IMG/VR virus record: IMGVR_UViG_3300010885_038586 | Reading direction: 5' to 3' (one strand) | Source: an uncultured virus (IMG/VR IMGVR_UViG_3300010885_038586) | Lineage: Duplodnaviria > Heunggongvirae > Uroviricota > Caudoviricetes | DNA length: 20,000 nt | In this document: positions 15,824 to 20,000 of the stretch, in pieces | Position numbering within the stretch: the stretch's first letter is position 1 | Layout: each line of letters begins with the position of its first letter | Notes under the pieces: model-generated | Told to the model about the DNA's origin: nothing | The model's input: only the letters and a program-made list of their open reading frames with translations | The model's database searches: none | Position numbers and translations under genes: made by a program

Positions 15824-16429
15824 CTAGGACCAGAAGTTTTCAGGCTCTGCCGAATCTGGCCGCAGCGCCCGAGTCCACTGCTTCGCCATGGCAGCGGCGA
15901 TGCCGGGGAAGGTACGAGACCTTTCCTTCCACCGGTAGGCGCTTGGCGGCAGTTTCCAGACTCTCTGCTCCCGACCTTCGACGATATTGCTCGGCACCAG
16001 TAATGGTAAGTTCTTCAGCCACAGGCACGTCGCCTTGGTCTCCCCGTGTCCATGCTGCCAAGGTTGAATCACTTGATCCGGTTTGCGAATCTTCGAGGAG
16101 ATCACGCTGACGGGATTTTCCAACGCAATGTGCGGGACTGGTGCGGATAGCAACAAGCGCACGAAGTCCAAAGCCTCTGCCTGTTCTGCCTCTTTATCCT
16201 TGAACCACCGTGCGCCAGACACCGCCAGATGAGTGCAGGGTGGATGCGCCACCATGATGTCCCAGCCATCGCCTAAGATGCTGCTCACGTCGCACTGAAG
16301 ATGGTTGCCGGGCTTCTCGCTTGGCAGCAGATCGCACGACCATGCCTCCCAGCCTAGCGCGGCAAAAGCGTCACGCACCGTGCCACTGTACTCGCAAGCG
16401 ACTAAGACTTTTCCTAACGGTGGGGTCAC
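15824..16429 (-). CDS. Short phage DNA C5-cytosine methyltransferase-like protein (201 aa)
   Basis: KVLVACEYSG, SCDL, AHPPCT (catalytic PC), ENP, RSRTFPGIAAAMAKQW; GTG 16429 in a GTGA overlap. Confidence 0.8.
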   Translation of the reverse strand: MTPPLGKVLVACEYSGTVRDAFAALGWEAWSCDLLPSEKPGNHLQCDVSSILGDGWDIMVAHPPCTHLAVSGARWFKDKEAEQAEALDFVRLLLSAPVPHIALENPVSVISSKIRKPDQVIQPWQHGHGETKATCLWLKNLPLLVPSNIVEGREQRVWKLPPSAYRWKERSRTFPGIAAAMAKQWTRALRPDSAEPENFWS

Positions 16430-16926
16430 GCCTTGACCCTCCACTCGCAGTTCTCTTTGTCCCAGCGGCGACCATCGCGTGACACCAGCTTGGCTTTCTC
16501 TGGTCGCGGCCCCATGTCCTTGAGGAACTGGTCGAAGTTGTTGAGCCAGTAGCGAGGCATCAGGTGACGCCGGGCATGCCACGACCGGTAGGTCGGGTTG
16601 GCGTGACCATGCTGCTGGTGCAGCGGCTTGCTGGAGAGTTGGGTCTTGAGGCAGCCGCACGAGCGCGAGCGCCCGGTGGTGAGGCTGGTGTAGCACACCG
16701 CAGGTTTCTCTTTGCCGCAGTCGCAGCGGCAGTGCCACTTGCTCTGCCCTGGGCGCGTCTTGGGGCACTCGGCAAGGACAGACCACCTGCCGAACCGCTG
16801 GCCCGTCAGATCTTTAAAGGACGTGCGGGAGCGTAGTGGCTGCCCGGTGGTGGGGTAGCGGCGTGGTGCTGTTAAGTCGGTGTCGGGTGGGAGGTCCACG
16901 AGGGTCAGGCTTTGTGGATTTTTTAT
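16426..16926 (-). CDS. Zinc-ribbon plus degenerate HNH-like domain protein
   Basis: DLTGQRFGRW...CRCDCG...SCGC, then FDQFLKDMGPRP...NCEW. Start uncertain (ATA 16926 or a downstream GTG). Confidence 0.75.
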   Translation of the reverse strand: MKNPQSLTLVDLPPDTDLTAPRRYPTTGQPLRSRTSFKDLTGQRFGRWSVLAECPKTRPGQSKWHCRCDCGKEKPAVCYTSLTTGRSRSCGCLKTQLSSKPLHQQHGHANPTYRSWHARRHLMPRYWLNNFDQFLKDMGPRPEKAKLVSRDGRRWDKENCEWRVKA

Positions 16927-17087
16927 GCTAAAAGCGTTCCAACTGCGATTGCAACCGCCGCGAAAAGGATGAATAAGCCACATCCTTGCGCCTCATTGTT
17001 GGTTGTGCAGTCGTGCCAAACTGAGCCAATGAAGACGCCGAGACCGAACAGTCCGCCCGCCAGCAAGGCGATGTGAACCACGTTCAC
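16923..17087 (-). CDS. Small two-TM membrane protein, 54 aa
   Basis: GTG 17087 after AAGGAGAGG, in a GTGA overlap; two hydrophobic stretches. Confidence 0.6.
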   Translation of the reverse strand: MNVVHIALLAGGLFGLGVFIGSVWHDCTTNNEAQGCGLFILFAAVAIAVGTLLA

Positions 17088-17152
17088 AACCTCTCCTTTC
17101 CAGCCCGTGCGGCTTTCGCCCCGATCTCTCCGAGTTCTTTGTTCGATTTCAT
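17084..17152 (-). CDS. Possible 22-aa peptide
   Basis: MKSNKELGEIGAKAARAGKERL; the ATG is 6 nt after TTGACA-17-TAGCAC and the stop overlaps the next start. Confidence 0.4.
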   Translation of the reverse strand: MKSNKELGEIGAKAARAGKERL

Positions 17153-17158
17153 GCGGCA

Positions 17159-17220
17159 GTGCTAATCCGACCAAGGGTGAATGTCAACGTCTGGTTTTCC
17201 GTGGAGTGAAAAATTTTACA
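17159..17220 (-). promoter_or_regulatory. Promoter-like element with upstream conserved AT-rich box
   Basis: TTGACA (17187-17182), 17 nt, TAGCAC; gtgaaaaattttaca at 17206-17220. Confidence 0.5.
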
Positions 17221-17648
17221 TCGACGAAGTGGCCGGGCAGTTCTGAGTCGTGGAGACGTTGGACGGCGGTGCCCCCAAACGGAAACAGGACACTTCCGAG
17301 GTTGTTGGAGGACGGACCGCCGATGAAGTTGATCTTCTGCCCGAGCACGAAGTAGCAACCGCAGTGCTGCGCCAACGGTCCAAACCATGGGGCGCTGCCG
17401 CGCTCGGGCAACAGAAGCAGACCATTGCCGTGCTGCTTCATCCGCTCGATCCAAAGTTCCTTCTGGCTGAACGGAGGGTTGCACCAGACGAAGCCCAGCC
17501 ATGGGTCAGCCAGTCCATCATCCCAGTCTTCCAGCCGGTAGTTCGTCTTGGCGATTTCCGTGGCTTTCCCTGCGCAGGGATCAAGGTCAAAGGGTTGGAG
17601 TGGCTGATACACCCATGCCGGTGTCTGGAGGCAATCGTTGAGCTTCAT
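17184..17648 (-). CDS. Second phage Dam-family N6-adenine methyltransferase
   Basis: D...TP, FDLDPCA, DDGL..PW.GFVWCNPPFS, GNGLLLLP.R, I.F motifs. Confidence 0.85.
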   Translation of the reverse strand: MKLNDCLQTPAWVYQPLQPFDLDPCAGKATEIAKTNYRLEDWDDGLADPWLGFVWCNPPFSQKELWIERMKQHGNGLLLLPERGSAPWFGPLAQHCGCYFVLGQKINFIGGPSSNNLGSVLFPFGGTAVQRLHDSELPGHFVDVKFFTPRKTRR

Positions 17649-17712
17649 CGGTGGGTAGGTGTAGAACTTTAACAGTGGAGTGCAAATTGAATGTGAAAAA
17701 TTTTACAGTCTC

Positions 17713-18873
17713 TCAGAACCATGTGCAGTTCTTCTGCGACAACTCCTGCCCATCCTCGGCAGCAATCAACTTCGCACCTTCTGGGCGTGGCCCCATATCT
17801 TTAAGGAACTGGCCGAAGTCTTTCCACGCTGGACACATCCTGGAACGTTTGGCGTGCCACGACCGGTAAGTGGGGTTGATGTGCCCGCGTTGTTCGTGCA
17901 GTGGCTTGACGCTGAGATCCCTCTTCAAGCATCCACATGACTTGCTCCTACCACCAATCAACCCTTCATGCTGCACGTTGCCCTCTTTTCCACACGAGCA
18001 CCGGCACAGCCATGAACCTCTCAGCGCTGGGGACAGCACTGTCCATCGGCCAAAGGTTTTGCCGGTGAGATCGCCTTTGACGACTTTGCTCCAGAAGTTG
18101 CGAGGGGCACGAGTCTCATCGGTTTTATTCTTCCGCGTCGATCCTGCCTCCTTTGCCCGTTCGTGGAAGGTGGAATTGCTGGCCTTGAGTTCTGCTACGG
18201 CTTCCTCAATCTCCATACCTTTATTCTGAAACCGGTAGGCCAGACTGGCGTAGTCCACATTCTCCATGCGGGCCACGTCAATCAGATTGCACAGCGCGCC
18301 TTTCCACACGGCCACAATGTTGCGCCGAGTGTTGGCGGCCTGCTCCATGCGTGCCCCCCACTTGCAGTTATCAGGTGCGTAGGGACCATTGTTGTCGATG
18401 CGTTCGATGGTCAACCCTTCTGGACGTGGTCCCATGTCCTTGAGGAACTGGTCGAAGTCGTCTTTCCATTGCGGGCACACCGTGATGCCTCGCTCCCCAT
18501 ACCTGCGATAGGCTGGGTGCCTCTCGTTGAAGCAGCGCGTCCTCATGCTCTGCCACACCCGGTAGGCGGGGTTGCGCTGGTGGTGGACAAGATGGTCAGG
18601 CTTCACCAGACCTTCCATGCGGAGGCAGCCGCAGGATTGCGATGCACCACGCACCAATCCTCCATACTGCACGACTTTCTCCTTGCCACAGTCGCAGCGG
18701 CAGAACCATCGGGTCTGTCCTTTGCGTGGCTCTGAGGACTCCTTCACCACTGTCCATCGGCCAAAGCGTCTGCCGGTGAGGTCAATGAAGCTGGTGCGGG
18801 AAGGAGTGCGTTCCTTGGCGGTGGGGCGGTTCTCGGGCTTCTGTTTGGGGAAGGGATTGAAGGGTGTGTTCAT
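17713..18873 (-). CDS. HNH-like endonuclease with two zinc-ribbon/HNH units (second unit degenerate)
   Basis: DLTGRRFGRW...CRCDCG...SCGC; WQSMRTRC...YGERGITVCPQW..FDQFLKDMGPRP..TIERIDNNGPYAPDNCKW; second unit DLTGKTFGRW...DMGPRP...NCTW. Confidence 0.8.
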   Translation of the reverse strand: MNTPFNPFPKQKPENRPTAKERTPSRTSFIDLTGRRFGRWTVVKESSEPRKGQTRWFCRCDCGKEKVVQYGGLVRGASQSCGCLRMEGLVKPDHLVHHQRNPAYRVWQSMRTRCFNERHPAYRRYGERGITVCPQWKDDFDQFLKDMGPRPEGLTIERIDNNGPYAPDNCKWGARMEQAANTRRNIVAVWKGALCNLIDVARMENVDYASLAYRFQNKGMEIEEAVAELKASNSTFHERAKEAGSTRKNKTDETRAPRNFWSKVVKGDLTGKTFGRWTVLSPALRGSWLCRCSCGKEGNVQHEGLIGGRSKSCGCLKRDLSVKPLHEQRGHINPTYRSWHAKRSRMCPAWKDFGQFLKDMGPRPEGAKLIAAEDGQELSQKNCTWF

Positions 18874-18878
18874 TGGTG

Positions 18879-18907
18879 ATTAGTAACAGAATCACTTGTA
18901 ATGTCAA
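18879..18907 (-). promoter_or_regulatory. Sigma70-like promoter (leaderless) for the HNH-like gene
   Basis: TTGACA (18907-18902), 16-17 nt, TACTAAT, 5 nt before ATG 18873. Confidence 0.55.
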
Positions 18908-19290
18908 GACCTGAATTTGGAATGCTGTAAAAAATTTGGGGTGGGCAGTGCAGCACTGTGAACTATTAACCTTTATCCGTTTTTCAGATGAAAACTGGTA
19001 CGGGGTGGGGGGACGTGGGAGAGGTTCGCGGTCACGCACAGGGGGTGACGGGCGTGGTGGTGGCGAGGTGGCACCCCGTCGCGGCACAGCACCACACCCC
19101 CTACACAGTGCCGACCTTGCTAGGCTCGCACCTTGCCACCGGCACCAGGGCCACGGCGTATCCGGTTTATCTGCCCGACATACAGGCTAACAGGCTAACA
19201 GAAATGAGGGTAGGTATATACTACCACCAACAAGACTAATACGTACTGTTTTCTCAATTCTGAGATGCACTTTTTCGTGAATCCCCACAA

Positions 19291-19836
19291 TTACTCCCAG
19301 AAACCGTCAAGCTCTTGCTCGTTCTGTAATTCGACAACGCCTTGACACTCATTTTCCATAATCGCGGGGCCGCAAATGTCCCCATTCCCGAACAAGGAGA
19401 GCTGGATTTGGGGGGTATCAGTGTCCAAGAGTCCAGTTGCCTGGCGCGCAACGTGTACCGCGTGCTTGAGATCAGAAGCGGACTCGATCACGATCTGCCC
19501 TTGAGCCGACTTAATTGCTTCAACGGCAACGTTGTACGAGAGGTTTCTGAGATTCGCGGCGCGAGTTTCCCAGGTCTCAAGCAAGAGGGAGTCGGTTTTT
19601 TCGGCCCTCTCCGCGTCCCCTAAAAGCGGGGTTTCTTGGTTTTGCCGCTTATTTTGGGCATGACTATTAAGTTTCGTCTTAACTCTCGAAGGAGTCAGCC
19701 AATCTTCGCAGCCCGATTTGTTGTAGATAGATTTGACTGCCACATTGTATCTCTCCGCCAAAGTTCCAAACGGTACGCCTTGTTCAGCCAGTCGGCGTAT
19801 GTCTTCCCAATGTGGCGTTGCAAGTGTATTTGCCAT
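19291..19836 (-). CDS. Terminase small subunit-like HTH protein
   Basis: N-terminal WEDIRRLAEQGVPFGTLAERYNV....IYNK...EDW, as in TerS HTH domains; helical core and acidic tail. Confidence 0.55.
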   Translation of the reverse strand: MANTLATPHWEDIRRLAEQGVPFGTLAERYNVAVKSIYNKSGCEDWLTPSRVKTKLNSHAQNKRQNQETPLLGDAERAEKTDSLLLETWETRAANLRNLSYNVAVEAIKSAQGQIVIESASDLKHAVHVARQATGLLDTDTPQIQLSLFGNGDICGPAIMENECQGVVELQNEQELDGFWE

Positions 19837-19845
19837 AAGTACACC

Positions 19846-19875
19846 AGAATACCCTCACAAGTGCCAAAGTGTCAA
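19846..19875 (-). promoter_or_regulatory. Sigma70-like promoter for the terS-like gene
   Basis: TTGACA (19875-19870), 18 nt, TATTCT (19851-19846). Confidence 0.6.
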
Positions 19876-19897
19876 CCCGCACGTTGAAGCCCTGGGA

Positions 19898-20000
19898 GCT
19901 GTGCCGCTGTGCCGCTGTGCCGCTGTGCCGCTGTGCCGCTGTGCCGCTGTGCCGCTGTGCCGCTGTGCCGCTGTGCCGCTGTGCCGCTGTGCCGCTGTGC
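19898..20000. repeat. Perfect 8-bp tandem repeat (GCTGTGCC)n, 12 full copies plus 7 nt, continuing past the window
   Basis: Directly visible, no mismatches. Confidence 0.97.

Noticed and set aside
17650..17700. Dedicated sigma70 promoter for the second Dam-like gene
   Set aside because: TTCACA and TTGCAC are present, but no convincing -10 box lies at 16-18 nt; only the AT-rich box is reported.
19898..20000. Possible CRISPR array
   Set aside because: 8-bp units with no spacers.
1..20000. Stop-codon reassignment, diversity-generating retroelement, tRNA, integrase or IS elements
   Set aside because: Genes tile well under the standard code using TAA, TGA and TAG stops. I saw no reverse transcriptase, adenine-specific TR/VR pair, cloverleaf or recombinase.

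Overview
This 20-kb window is a segment of a tailed dsDNA phage or prophage, with almost all genes on the minus strand. In transcription order (right to left) it begins with an 8-bp tandem repeat running off the window edge and a terminase-small-subunit-like HTH gene. A ~6.5-kb accessory island follows, holding three zinc-ribbon/HNH-like genes, two Dam-type adenine methyltransferases, a short C5-cytosine methyltransferase, a UDG-like protein, YodC- and DUF551-like proteins, and the only plus-strand gene (Zn-finger/HTH). Next is a P22/podovirus-like head module (portal, small protein, scaffold, major capsid), then fibre/decoration genes, a membrane-anchored PAS protein, a holin-lipoprotein fusion, a beta-helix spike and two hypothetical proteins. 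The window ends with a collagen-like gene followed 3 nt later by a 2OG-Fe(II) oxygenase that is truncated by the window edge and missing from the ORF track. The most notable observations are: (1) a collagen with animal-like Y-position prolines paired with a candidate prolyl hydroxylase; (2) a ~40-aa N-terminal module shared by an unannotated 43-aa protein and two fibres; (3) a PAS sensor in the lysis cassette; (4) the scaffold C-terminal peptide TELDEEGL reused in a small protein after the capsid gene; (5) two genes apparently starting at ATA in ATAA overlaps. Functional calls rest on motifs recognised by eye and on synteny; no searches were run.
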